This document shows positions 34,403-46,300 of a stretch of 64,000 nt of DNA, piece by piece (position 1 is the stretch's first letter; every line of letters begins with the position of its first letter). The notes under the pieces are model-generated. The model was not told where the DNA came from, ran no database searches, and was given only the letters and a program-made list of their open reading frames with translations. Both the position numbers and the translations under genes were made by a program. The stretch is from Phallusia mammillata. Its lineage: Eukaryota. The DNA lies in NCBI GenBank assembly GCA_965637545.1, contig OZ281495.1, forward strand, positions 22,940,001-23,004,000, given 5' to 3'.

Positions 34403-37400
34403 ATGGAAAGGAAGAGAAGTACCAAAAGTATTAGGAGACTGTCATTGAGAAGGCCTAAACCAGCTGAAATGAATCAACCGAACATGCCATTGCCCAATGT
34501 GGAATTTGAAGATGTTCTCGGTAAACAATGTGGATGTACATATGATAAGCTTATGTAATTTTCTAGCAAGATATCATTTTTGAGGAAGATTTGTCTAAAC
34601 GTAGAAAACAAACTGTTTATAGTTGCAACAAATGATTACAACAACTAACAACTGATAGTGTGATCAGTAAATTAAATGTTCAGCTTTGTAAGTTTAAGTT
34701 TTCTCAGTATGTATGGAGTAGTCACATCATTGATGTAAACGACTTTTTAGTATATTGTGTTCTTTATACTGTTACATATTTTCTCAGCATCTCAACTGCA
34801 AGTGTCAGATGTGATTAACAACAGTGTGTTGGGTGATGGAAGCATGCACAATCTCACCAATAACTCACATTCTTCACCACACTTTCGAAGACACCAGTCC
34901 TGCCTCTATCACCGTTGCTATCACAACACTACCTTGGTTCCACTGTGGCAAGCCTTTGCTGCCCTTGACACCCGAAACTCAGGAAAATTACTGTTAGGTC
35001 GACTTATGGTAAGTTTGAAAGAATTAGGGGTTAAAATTATGCGGATTGAAAGACTTATTTTCATTGTGTTTTATAGCGCATGTCATCTGTGATGTCCAGT
35101 GTTCTTGGTGTTGAACAGCACAGTGATCAAGCCATTCAGAAGTATTTTATTCAGTTTTCACAAATTACTTTTCCCAAATACAAAAGTTATGTAATGGTAG
35201 GTTTGAATTTGTATTAAAGTGTCTGTAATACAACGTTCAAATAAAATGCATGTCGTTGGTTGTTATCAACTTTAAAACGGTTATGTTACATAACTAACCT
35301 TTTTTAGGACACAACAGCAGGAAAAATACTGGATCCTGAAGCACTGTCTGCTTATAGTTGGAGTATTTGCAAGGATCGCTATCTTAACAATCCTCTTGTG
35401 GATAACCTAGACTCAGTTGTCCCTCCTGAACTAGCTCAGGCAATCTATTGGTTGTATTGTATTTTTAACAACCTTACAGAGCCAGACACCTATCCTCCAA
35501 GCATGGATTATGAAGAGGTATGTTTTCTTTTCGTTTGACTGGAAATTACTTCTTTGCTGATTTAAAAAATACAATCTGTGCTTGCAGACCGATCTTTTGT
35601 TGCGAAAATTATTTGCTGCTCTGGGGTTGGCATGGACGTCAAATGATTTAGATTCTCAACATTATGATGATGCCAGCTCAGATTCAAACAGCAATTTTGA
35701 GCCTTCTTACCCACCTCATGTAAGTTGTATATTTTTTGTTTGCATAAAATGTCTTTTTACAACAATTCTTAAAATCGGTACATAAAAAATGATCAGTATG
35801 AATTACTTTGTGAATACAAATATTTTTTTTAATTACAAACGCATTATGTGACTTATACAGGGGAAAAATTGACCATTACGTAAAATATGGTGTCCAAATT
35901 TGTTATGTTAATGTAAAATTTTGTGCGCATATTTAAACATTTTCCTCGCAAATTCGATCGTCTCAAAATGAACAAAGAGTACGAACGGTATCTAGGAATC
36001 CCAATGTGCCGATTTCCTTTTTAGTGCAAACATCTCACATCAAAACGCTTCCTCCCTCCGCAGGTTACCTTCCAGCAGCTCTTATCAATTATCGCCGACC
36101 TGATCGGCACCGAACTTGCCAGATCCCACGCTTTTTATCGCGCCGTGCAACGCCTCTGCTTGTCCGAATACATGGAAGTGATGAAAACGGTAAGTAGGGA
36201 AATTGCACCGCGGGATATCAAATTCCCACTGTGGTTAGAATGTACTTTTGCAAGTTGCTGCTGGATTTTTATTTGCACATGACGGCCCGTCCTAGGGGAC
36301 ACCATACAGTAGGCGTGATTTTTGCTTGTATTGTTTATGCGTTTGGAAATCGAGCTTAGAAAACAAAGTGCACAAAGACTACTCAACTCGTTTTGGTTGG
36401 TGTTTCCACAACAACGTGACTCATTGTTTGTCACCGTGCCACTATGCATTACAGTTAATTGCTTCCAATAGTTGGTCCAAAATACCGATTAAAACCGTAT
36501 TTGCTGATCGAATATGTTTTCGCAAAAGTTTACTCGGGGTCATTATTCCAACGCGTTAGCAGTACGTCAGATTGCATTATGGGAGTAACTTAGCTTAGAA
36601 AACCTAATCATATTTTGTTAGTTTTGCTAAATAATGAAACTTGAATATCAAAGCATACAAGTCAATGAGCACTTTGACACAATCAACTATGCACTTTAGA
36701 TGCCGTGTGATCTGCTATTATGATCATCACTAGTCGTCTGTAACATTTTCCATTCATCTCTGCGTGCATTGCAGCGAATTTCAACCTTACACGATCAGAT
36801 GCCTCATCACACATTTGTCACGTGTTTATCTCTTTAATTCAAAGTATCCAGTTTGACAATTGTGCAAAGTGCTGTTGCACAGTTTTGACACTCGATAAAA
36901 AAGGTGAATCACTACCAAGAGTTCACCGCTAACTAAAATGCCACCAACTTCCTTTTTGAACCCTTTGCAATTTACCGATTACATTTTTGTGTTTGTGAAA
37001 AAACACGATTTTATGATACAGTAAATCTCGGCTAATACGGATCTTCGCCTAATTCGGACAAAACTCGAGATGTAAATGATTTGTAAAGTGATATAACTTG
37101 AACTAATCGACATCTGTTAATTCGGATCTTTGCAAAAAATGGACTTTTTTCTGGTCCAAACGGGTCCGGATTTGAGTTAAACATGACATGTTATTGTTTG
37201 CCACGATTTCTCAATGTTTGTATTCATGGTGTATAACATGATGTGATATGTGATACAGGGTTGGATCAACGTCCGCAAGCCTGAAACCGATGTGTGGAAG
37301 AAACGATGGGCCGCACTTCACGGGTCAAAGTTCACGCTTTACTCCGGCCAAACTTGTCTGGACTCGAAGGAGGAGATTAACCTATCCCATCACATGCATA

Positions 37401-40335
37401 TTGAGGTTAGCACTTATTGTAATCAGATTGTTTAGTGACTTTGGTCGCAACCCGAAAAAACGTCTACAATGGCCACGACCCATCATTTTGTCACAAAAGT
37501 TGTACACCTTAGCAGAATTGCGTAGTGATGTGATACAGTGGTTCATCTCGTGCACAAAACGGTACCTACAGTAGCAGTGCCAGTCTCCCTATCATTGTAT
37601 TGTTATCATTGCCTTGTGCTATTTTGGTTGCTGACGGCCGATCAGTCAATCATTGGCTTGCAACGCACGTCCGGAGTGCGCTAACATGGAAGACAAACTG
37701 CCAAACTTGTTGGTGACATGACTCTTTGCTTGTGCACATAGCACACCCACCTAATCTCACGCGCTCTTCTCACAGCTTTTGTGTATTGCCACCTCGTAGG
37801 CAATTCTCGTATTGTTTGTTGTGCAGTTTTGCAGGCTATTTTAAAGTATTGCTGACTTCTACGAAGATTATGTACAACACAGTCAATAATAATGGCTGTG
37901 TTTAAAATAACTCTATATGGGATTGACGCAGCGTTATAAAAGTTCTCAGAAGGTACACCGCAGTGCTATAAGCAGCCACAATACAATTAGTAACCACCAC
38001 AAACAATTGGTTTTTATAACTTAGTTTGTTTTTGCAGGCACTTCCAGCTACTGGTTCACAAAAGCACCGATTTCGAATTGTCGAGAAGGAAGGTGACTTT
38101 AGTATTACGTCAGAGCACGAGTTCTCAACTGCTACTCAGAAATCGTGTCTCTCCTGGCTGACGCTTCTCAGTGTTGCGATTAAAGTTACTGAAACAGGTG
38201 GGTTGATGAAACATATCTACTAAATACTAGCGTAACATTTGGTATCTTCGTGTCAGTGCCCTCATATGCAAGACTGGGTAATTTAGTAAAATTCAATTCA
38301 CTAAACCGATTAGATTTGACGAACACTTGGCATACATTATGCTGGAAAAAGGACATTACAATCGTTTGCCAGTAATAACTAGAAAACGAACACCAAAAAA
38401 CTTACATCAGAATACGTTTTTCTGTTTGATGCGTGCTTTTAGGTGAAAAAAATTAAATTAACCGGCAATCGTGCTTTTAGGGATGTCGGCGAAAACATGC
38501 GAAATTTCCGAGCGACGTTTGGAGAGGTTTCAGAGGCGGGAAAGTGAACGGGAAGTTTACAGGAAAAAGCGGGATGTCCTTGAAACATTTGATCGCCTGC
38601 AAGAAGCAAAAAAGGTAAACCACGAAATACACGTAAATAATGCATCCACATTTCTGCTGAAAAATTTACAAATTTTCATTGGACCAAAAGTATGTCTGCT
38701 TTATAAATGCATTGAAATGCGCTGTCGTAAATTTTAAAATGCCCGTTTGGCTTGTATGAACTTTGGCACAGTGAGAAGCAACAAAAACGAATGCTTAACC
38801 TTCAACGAAAAATGAAATATTTTTTACAAAGCATTTGTGAGAAGCACGTTTTGGAATTCATAGTAAACGAAACCCTTTGTTTCTTGAAGGCACGCAGTGA
38901 AGTCGAGGATGCCTTGGCCCAACGCTCACAACTCCGGGAAGCAAAAATGATTCACCTGCTCAAGATGGACAAAATTTATGAGCGACTCGAGTCGATCCAA
39001 TTCCAGCAGAGTCTCTGTAACAAAGCCGAACGCGAAAGAGGATTGCTCCGATTGTAAGTGAAAAAAACAACGTTTGTTAAACTTAGGCTTCGGGCATGTA
39101 ATGGAAGATTTGGATCGTTTGGTAACAAAGATCTTAAGATAGCTGAAACTATACCCAAGTTTGAACCCCTTGTCCCAAATATCAGCCGTTATGTGTACAT
39201 TTGCAAGGTAAAGCAATAATGCGCCAAACAATAGGCATGAAATTAACCCAGCAGAACCTAGACCAGGGGTTCTTAACCTTGGGTCCATGAACCCCCAAGG
39301 GGTCCGAGAAGATGCATTAAGGGGTCCATGAAACGAAATAGAATTATTCCGAAAATCCACATATTAAGGTTTCCACTTGATCAGGCCACAACGGCAGCCA
39401 AACATGCACCTCGAATAGTTTGAGCAATTGCAAAACCGACTTTGTGATGCAATAATGCATAACAGCTACTCTACTATTGCAAGTCTGGCATTGAAGTATA
39501 TGTGCTTTCTGCTGTGAAAGGTTACATTAAGCAGGCAAGGTTAGTAAGTTAAAAAATTTAGCAGATCATAGAAGGAATGTCGAAGAAGAGAAAGTATAAT
39601 GAAGACTATGTTGCCTTTGGTTTCACCTTCATTACTGGCAGTGAAAGACCACAATGTTTTTTCGACCTTTGCAATGTGTTTCATGCAAAGGGGTCCGTAG
39701 CTTTTCAAAGAATGATTTAGGGGTTCGTGATCCAAAAAAGGTTAAGAAACCAGCGGGATTCATCGAACTTTGTGCACTGCACTGACATAATGTGTTTTGT
39801 TCTGTGTCCTTGTGATTTCTTTCAGTTTGTTTGTTTCTGGATATATTCTACAGCCGTTACATTTTTTTGCAGACTAACCAGTTTTGAGCGAAAACTCCAC
39901 GGCGAGGATAGAACAGGGAACAGTGCGCCCAACTCCCCAGAAAAATCCGACCAGAAGAGTATGTTGACCCGCCTGGCGGCCGAAAGAGACCAACTGGAAC
40001 ATGCGCTAGAGGTCGCCATTGTTACATAAACAATTGCTCATAGTATTAAGCTTTGAAATTTAGTTAAGGCCTACCCTAAAGGTCAATACTACCATAAAAT
40101 TCGCAGCCTATGTATTTAACTTTGATTGTCGTGACAACAGGAATTGCGTATGACGCCCAGCCACCCGCCAGCCAATCACAACACGTCTAGTCGCAAACCG
40201 TCCCTGGTCATACACAGGGTCGAGTCTCTGCCACTTGAAGGGTCGTTTGATTATCGATCATCGTCGGAAAACATGTCGACCACCTCGACCGACTTCTCAC
40301 ATCTCACCCTGCCCGACATTACATTGCACACGTGA
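34403..40335 (+). CDS. SWAP70: SWAP70/DEF6 family protein (EF-hand-like N-region, PH domain, coiled coil)
   Basis: join(34403..34520,34788..35008,35077..35196,35308..35517,35588..35719,36064..36189,37259..37405,38038..38197,38481..38614,38890..39053,39873..40011,40141..40335), phase-consistent. LWQAFAALDTRNSGK resembles SWAP70 IWHAFTALDQDHSGK; IYWLYCIFNNL...LLLRKLFAALGLAW; PH domain GWINVRK...WKKRWAAL. Confidence 0.82.
37019..37170. mobile_element. Degenerate pogo/Tigger-like MITE
   Basis: TA followed by CAGTAAATCTCGGCTAATACGGA, repeated taattcgga motifs and a decayed right end (ggtccggatt). Confidence 0.45.
39264..39755 (+). mobile_element. Internally deleted Buster/Charlie hAT transposon retaining a transposase N-terminus fragment (SWAP70 intron 10)
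   Basis: TIR CAGGGGTTCTTAACCT with degenerate right TIR aggttaagaaaccagcg; left target acctagac (nnnTAnnn); 39577 onward reads MSKKRKYNEDYVAFGFTFITGSERPQC, typical of the Buster/ZBED5 BED-finger start. Confidence 0.85.
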
Positions 40336-41050
40336 CCGATCTTCGCCACCTGATTGGTTGAGGTCGAAGCCTGCACAGTGCCGAGGGTTTGTGCGTTGCT
40401 CAGTTAATGAATGTTCGCGAAGGAGGAGTTTGAAGCCGAAAAAGAGATTTGAATGGGATTGAGGAGTTTTACAATCAGCTGCCGTATGTGCCGTTCTTGT
40501 TTAGAGTTTATTTCATGTATTTGACCAGTTATTATGTAACGGAGATATGTTTTTCGACATGCATTGCGCCAGCGTTTCATGTCGCAGTTTTAACGAGAAT
40601 TTCGACCCAATTTGCAATACAAGTCAATGTGGCTTTGGAATACCACCCGATGCAGGGGTTTTAGACAGCAAAATTTATTTCAAGAACTTCACAGCGAGGC
40701 GAGAACACAAATACGAACAGTATGCACAAACTAGGACAAAAATCCAGTTTCAAGTTTGACTGCAAATTTCCAACGGGAATCCCTATGTTTGGTTTAGATT
40801 TGCCAAATCGAAAGTCTGGTTAAAAAGGGTTAAAAAAAAATTTCATCACATAACAAAAAACAATTCTTAAAAATTTGATATGGTTGTACTGGTGGTGGAA
40901 ATTTGTTTTTGTTGACTATCTAAAAAATATGAGAGCTGCATTCTATATTTGGTCGGTAAAAAATATCAAGACGGATAACACAATAGAAAATCAAAAATGT
41001 ACGTTGATATAAATCGAAACAAAAAACAGTTCATGGTCATTGTAAGTGTT

Positions 41051-42936
41051 TCACTGCGCAAAGTCATAACTTGCTGGAACATAATCAAACTCGTCTTCGT
41101 AAGGCTCCATAATTTGGTCAGCTACTCCTTGTATCTGATAACCAGCTTTTTCTCCTGTATTTGTCTCGTCGAGGTTGTCTTGTGAGCTGAAAAGTGACGG
41201 CATTTTGGCGCTAAACATTCTGGGCTGGGACCCCATAGTCGTGCGCAATTCTTGTCCAACGAGGGCTTTCAGATCTATGAAAAAAAACAAGTTTATAAGT
41301 TCTCGGTCTTTTTCATGTCCACCATTTTGAAATAAATTTGAAATATTTTTTAATCATATTTTTCGGGCGGAGAGAAATGGGTACGACAGAAATGGCGTCA
41401 CAAAATTTAAACTCATTTGTAAAGCGACACTAATTTTAATTGTTTCGTAAACGAAATTATTATTATTTTAATTTTTATTCATACCAATTAGAATAAAATA
41501 ATTGATTTGAGACCCAATTGTATTTAGTAAAATCCTATCCATTCACCAGACATTGCTAATAAAAAAAAAAATTTTTTCTATCAAATTGAAAAATTACTCA
41601 CAAATTACCCAAAAAAAAAAAAAATATTTTATTTGTAGGGTAGACCTTACTGATTTAATTGATTAATTATTTTACGGCTATTTTATTAAACTTTCTCATT
41701 GAGAAACGTTTATACCTTGAACGCGTGACATGAGATCTCTTTTGTAATCGATCAGTCGATAAACCTCATCAGTGGGAGCGCCTACGATAAAAAAAGTTTT
41801 CGTAAAATTAGGCACAAGACGCGGAATTGAAGAGCAGCATAATTAACAAATTTCCGTACGCTACTTATTTATTGATTAGATATAAAGCACGGTCAGTTTT
41901 GTAACTTAGTTTATGCAGCGTATCTCATAAATATTGTAAGATCCCAAGTTTTGTTTGAGAGCATAGCAGCAATCTTTAGGTTTATCTTCGATTTGTTGCA
42001 TTTCTAGATTTTGTCATATACTCTAAATCTTTTAAACTCATAGCTTTTAAAAAATATGAAGTTACACTACAAAATTTGCATATAAATTAGCACGCATATG
42101 TATATACAATCGGCCCATAAATAATCTTGCTTTCGTGCAAGCTGTAAAGTGTGTCAACATATCAAATCATCTCGATATTATCGCAGTGCATATGACATTG
42201 CATGTACTCGGCTGCCCCACGGCACGCTACTTAAAAACCACAGATACGCCTTACTGGCTTTCGTTGTAACGGCGCTGGTCTTCGACATTGGGATGCTGGT
42301 AGTTGCCCGTTTCGTCATGTTCTCGAGAAGTCTATGGAGCACGAGCTGCCGCAACAAACCCTGGAGTTTTCGGTTGTTGTGCTCAGTAATGGCTATGTCG
42401 GCGTTTGAAGCTCCTCTGCGTTCTCTGTAACAAAATGACGCGCTTGACGGTCCGGGGTTTATATATTGATTTTTTGATTATCTGTTTTGTCCGTACGCAA
42501 CTTCATAAAAAATCGCAAGGGTGTAGAAATTTTGTTTTAATTTTAGAAATTATTAAATTTTTAGCATATTTTATAGCGAAACAAAATTTAACTCTAAAAT
42601 TAAAAATAAATAAATGAGAGTCACAAACAAAAGAATAAACGAATTTCAAATGGCAATTTTTTTTTATCAAATCAAAATTAACAAATGTTACGTTAAACCT
42701 CAAATTTTTGTCAAAAACAGTTGCTGTCATCTAGTTCAATTAAGTTCTGTTTCAACGAGTGCGCGAGCTTAGCGCCAATATGCAATAATTATTTGATCCG
42801 CGTTTTTGTCTTTAAAAAAGCTTACTTACCTCGTTATAACTTTCCCGATGCGATTGACGTTATTCGTATTTTCCAGACTTCGGCCCGAAACTTCCCACAC
42901 AATCAAGCAAATCGCAAATAATATGGTACACTGCAT
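41051..42936 (-). CDS. Secreted prepropeptide, PTH/PTHrP/TIP39-family-like hormone precursor, 166 aa
   Basis: complement(join(42830..42936,42255..42424,41051..41274)); strong splice sites, phases 2 and 1 consistent. MQCTILFAICLIVWEVSG (signal) RSLENTNNVNRIGKVIT-RERR-GASNADIAITEHNNRKLQGLLRQLVLHRLLENMT-KR-ATTSIPM...YDFAQ*. The gene model is well supported; family assignment is by manual alignment. Confidence 0.8.
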
Positions 42937-43043
42937 TGTTTTCTTTCTAACAAGATACAGATAAATGAGTTAATACCAAAACACAAACTTTAAATATTTA
43001 ACAATGGAAAAAATATATGCCTAGAAAAAATCCAGTGACTCAC

Positions 43044-43125
43044 CTTGGCTATCTCTCGTGATTTGTTGCCGCGGTAATTTTTACACCGAAATATGATGGA
43101 GTGAAGCGTCAACGGGCACTTTATA
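43044..43125 (-). promoter_or_regulatory. TATA box, predicted TSS and non-coding first exon of the PTH-like gene
   Basis: TATAAAG at 43125-43119 (-); Inr-like TCA about 31 nt downstream (~43094); donor AAG|gtgagt after 43044; acceptor ttgttAG shortly before the ATG at 42936. Confidence 0.7.
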
Positions 43126-43367
43126 TCGGGACCCTTGTAACTTTGATTGACAGCTCTTTTTTTCAGGTCGCCCCCAATAAAGAAGAATTTCTAAACGTCC
43201 TTCCACGTAACCAACCTTGTTTTTCTTACACGCTTTTGTCTTGCTCAGTTCATGCGGGAGAATTTTACTGGCATTTTCACTGACGGTTCAAAGCGAGGTG
43301 ACAATTAACATGAGTGACATTAAGAAAAGAATACATGTTTTGTATTTTTAAATTCCTTTGTCCCTGA

Positions 43368-43387
43368 CAACAATGACGTCATTGTTG
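43368..43387. promoter_or_regulatory. Perfect 20-bp palindrome: full CRE flanked by two Sox-type sites
   Basis: CAACAATGACGTCATTGTTG contains TGACGTCA plus AACAAT and ATTGTT, about 250 bp upstream of the TATA box. Confidence 0.55.
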
Positions 43388-46300
43388 CCCCGTGGTTTTG
43401 TGTTCGATTTTGGTCAGGTGTTTATCGGACAATTCGACGTCCATACAGAAGTGGCCCCTCCGCAGTGGCCGAGTGCCTTTGGGGACTCTTCTAAGCTTCC
43501 AAAATTTGTTGTCTTCGCATTTTTCTTGTGTTATATATGAATGGTAAGCAGCCAGCGGGATTAAACTCTTCATTGACTTCCGGCCAAAGGTTGTTTGAGG
43601 GTCATCAAGGCATAAAATCACACAAACACATTTCCATGGCTGTTATCTAACACTCGAGTTTTTGCATTATATGATCACTTTTATAAAGAATTCGACAATA
43701 TCGAAAATATTTGAAGAGCATTTGGAAACCAAAATTGCAATCTTACTTTCAACGTGAGGCCTTAAGTATTATGACACGGTAAAATTGGGCATTAAAACCC
43801 TTCTGGTATTATACGAATGTGTTGGGAACTGCCATTTGGCAAACAAACTTAAAAACCACATTACCACATAGTTTCCGCGGTTTCTCAATCGCAATTATAG
43901 GTGAGAGGTTGCCAACTCGATGAGTTTATTGCCTGTTTTGAGTCGCAGCGAGACTTTTTAACTCTAAGGTGTCAACGAACCACGTCGCTCTGGTTTACCA
44001 AAAATCCGTTTAGCTGCTTCTCCGCTATAATAAACAGTCGCTTCGTTGTGATAGCCGAGGCGTCAGTCAAAGAGGTCGGCTGAAGTGCCTATTTAGGTTA
44101 AATGCCAGCCGTCAAAAACGACTGGCCATTGCGGTAAACTTTTCAACTGCCTAATGGCTTTTTGCGCAGCATCAACAGGGACGCCTTTCTCACGCATCGC
44201 ACTGCGTAGAACGCAACACCAAAAAAATGCAGCGGTAAAAATAATAAAAATAAAAAAACTTTGCGTGGGTGAAGTGGAGCATTAAGCAGGACAACAAAAC
44301 TTCGGGTCACCTGGCGGCTGAGTCCGCATTTCGATCATCAGTTATGTCACTTATCGCCGTGGCATGTAGCTAGCAATCCCAAGAGAAGGAAATCACCGAC
44401 CACGTGCCTTCAAATGGTGCTTAAGGCTGACTATCGACGATCACATGTTTCGTGTAATGATCGACATGAAGCATCGGGTCAAAGCAGGTCGCCATTTGTC
44501 CCGAACATTCCCTACCGCTGGAAGCAAGACGGACATAAATGTTGATTCAAACGCACTGTTGACGGGTCATGCGACCACATTGATCCGCATAGGACAATAA
44601 AAAGTCAATATCAAGTCGCGTTGTATATCTGTTTCCGTTTTTTTAACAACATTACAAAACACTTAAACCAACTTTCAGGCCTAGCAGAAGTCCAAGCTAA
44701 ATTCTCTTCTCAATTTTACGTTTAGCGTAACATGTGTATTCATTGGATTACACCATCCATCGTGGCGTTTGCAGACAAAGGAGCTCTTTCGCAATCATAT
44801 CGACCAGTGTTTTTAGACCTAACTGGAAACGGACGGACATTTTTTACCAGATTTCGAGGATCTGTTCTGCGATAAATCGGAAGCAACGATCCATTAGGGC
44901 GGGTGTCAACGCCATATATCTTTTGTACATCAATTATTAATCAAGTATAATCTTGGGCAAAGTACAACAGAATCTTGTGGTCTTTTTAATGCGTCAAAGA
45001 AATTCTGTCGGCTGTGGGATGTTACCTTGAACTTTTTCTTTGGTAATTACTTTTAATTTGGTACATTTTACACAGAAGATATATTGGGTAGCGTTCAAGC
45101 AACTTAATAGCTTTGAAGTTTATGTGGTATAATACAATTTGAATCAATCATTTAAAACTAGTTACTTGCACCTGTCAGGCAGAATTTGGCGATTAACTGC
45201 ACATACGATTAGGGAAACAAAAACGAGAAAAATTGGTTACATTCTTACACGTTTTAATGAACAGTTTTGAAATTTTAATGCAACATAAGGCTTTCCCTCG
45301 TGCCAGACCCTGCCTTAGTCATTGTTGATTTACCACTTACTGCGGCACGGGTTGGAGGTTTTTGCGGTTGTTCACAAAATTATCTTCAAAATTATATGCT
45401 GCATAGCCTGCGCATCTGCATGGTTCATCCCTTACCTAACAGGTGGTCGTCATTGCGCAACGATTAAACAAAACACGACGGGGTCAATATCTGGCATTTT
45501 AGGAGACATTTTCTGAATGAGCACCAAAATATCACACATTTTGTTTGATAAATTTTGATAATGATAATGACATATTCACAACCCATACGGTATGTGGTAA
45601 TTTTAAAGAACAACTTCTGAGTGCAATAAAATATCTTTAACTTGACTTACAGCAGCATTTTCTGTCGATCGTGCACGCTCAGTACATGAAAGCCATATAA
45701 CGATTGATCCTGCTTTGATTTCTATTGGATGCAATTGCTATCACGTCAACTTGAATGTTTCGCTACTGATATTGTATGTTTAATGTATTCGGGACTAAAC
45801 ACATTTTGAAATGTTTTCTCTGCACATTCTCTGTTTCCAAACATAAAGCCTTTTGAATTGAAGGCAAACTATTCTACATTACATGTTAGTTCAGTTGTCG
45901 TGATGCAGCTTATCTTGATTTATGTATGACGCAATTGGACCTCTTAACCCAGCTAATCTTAATGGCATTTTTTTCCTAATTTAGGCTACGATATTAAAAA
46001 AACAAACAATTCACATCAAGTACTTCAAGAGTGCAAACAAAGTGCTGTGTTGGTTCTGTAAATCAACAACAAATCATTTGGATGTAAGTTGGATAAATAG
46101 TTTTTGAGGAATCAAACTGAAGACCGAACTTTGATAAAGCCGAAAATTGTATTCCTCACTTTTACCCACGCTTTAGCGCCCACTGGTGTGTTTTCTCATA
46201 CACATATGCTAATCGAGTCAAAAAAGTAAATCAACTACATTTCGCAGTCATTGCTATAACTTTAACAAACGCCTAGGAACAATGTCTACGCCAAAAGTGG

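Noticed and set aside
42313-42414. CRF/urocortin assignment of the peptide (HNNRKL resembles CRF HSNRKL)
   Set aside because: In CRF that motif is at the amidated C-terminus of a ~41-mer. Here it is central, there is no Gly-amidation signal, and register and intron phase fit the PTH family better.
43379-43621. 80-aa minus-strand ORF upstream of the peptide gene
   Set aside because: Lies upstream of the TATA box, overlaps the CRE palindrome and has no homology; treated as regulatory DNA.
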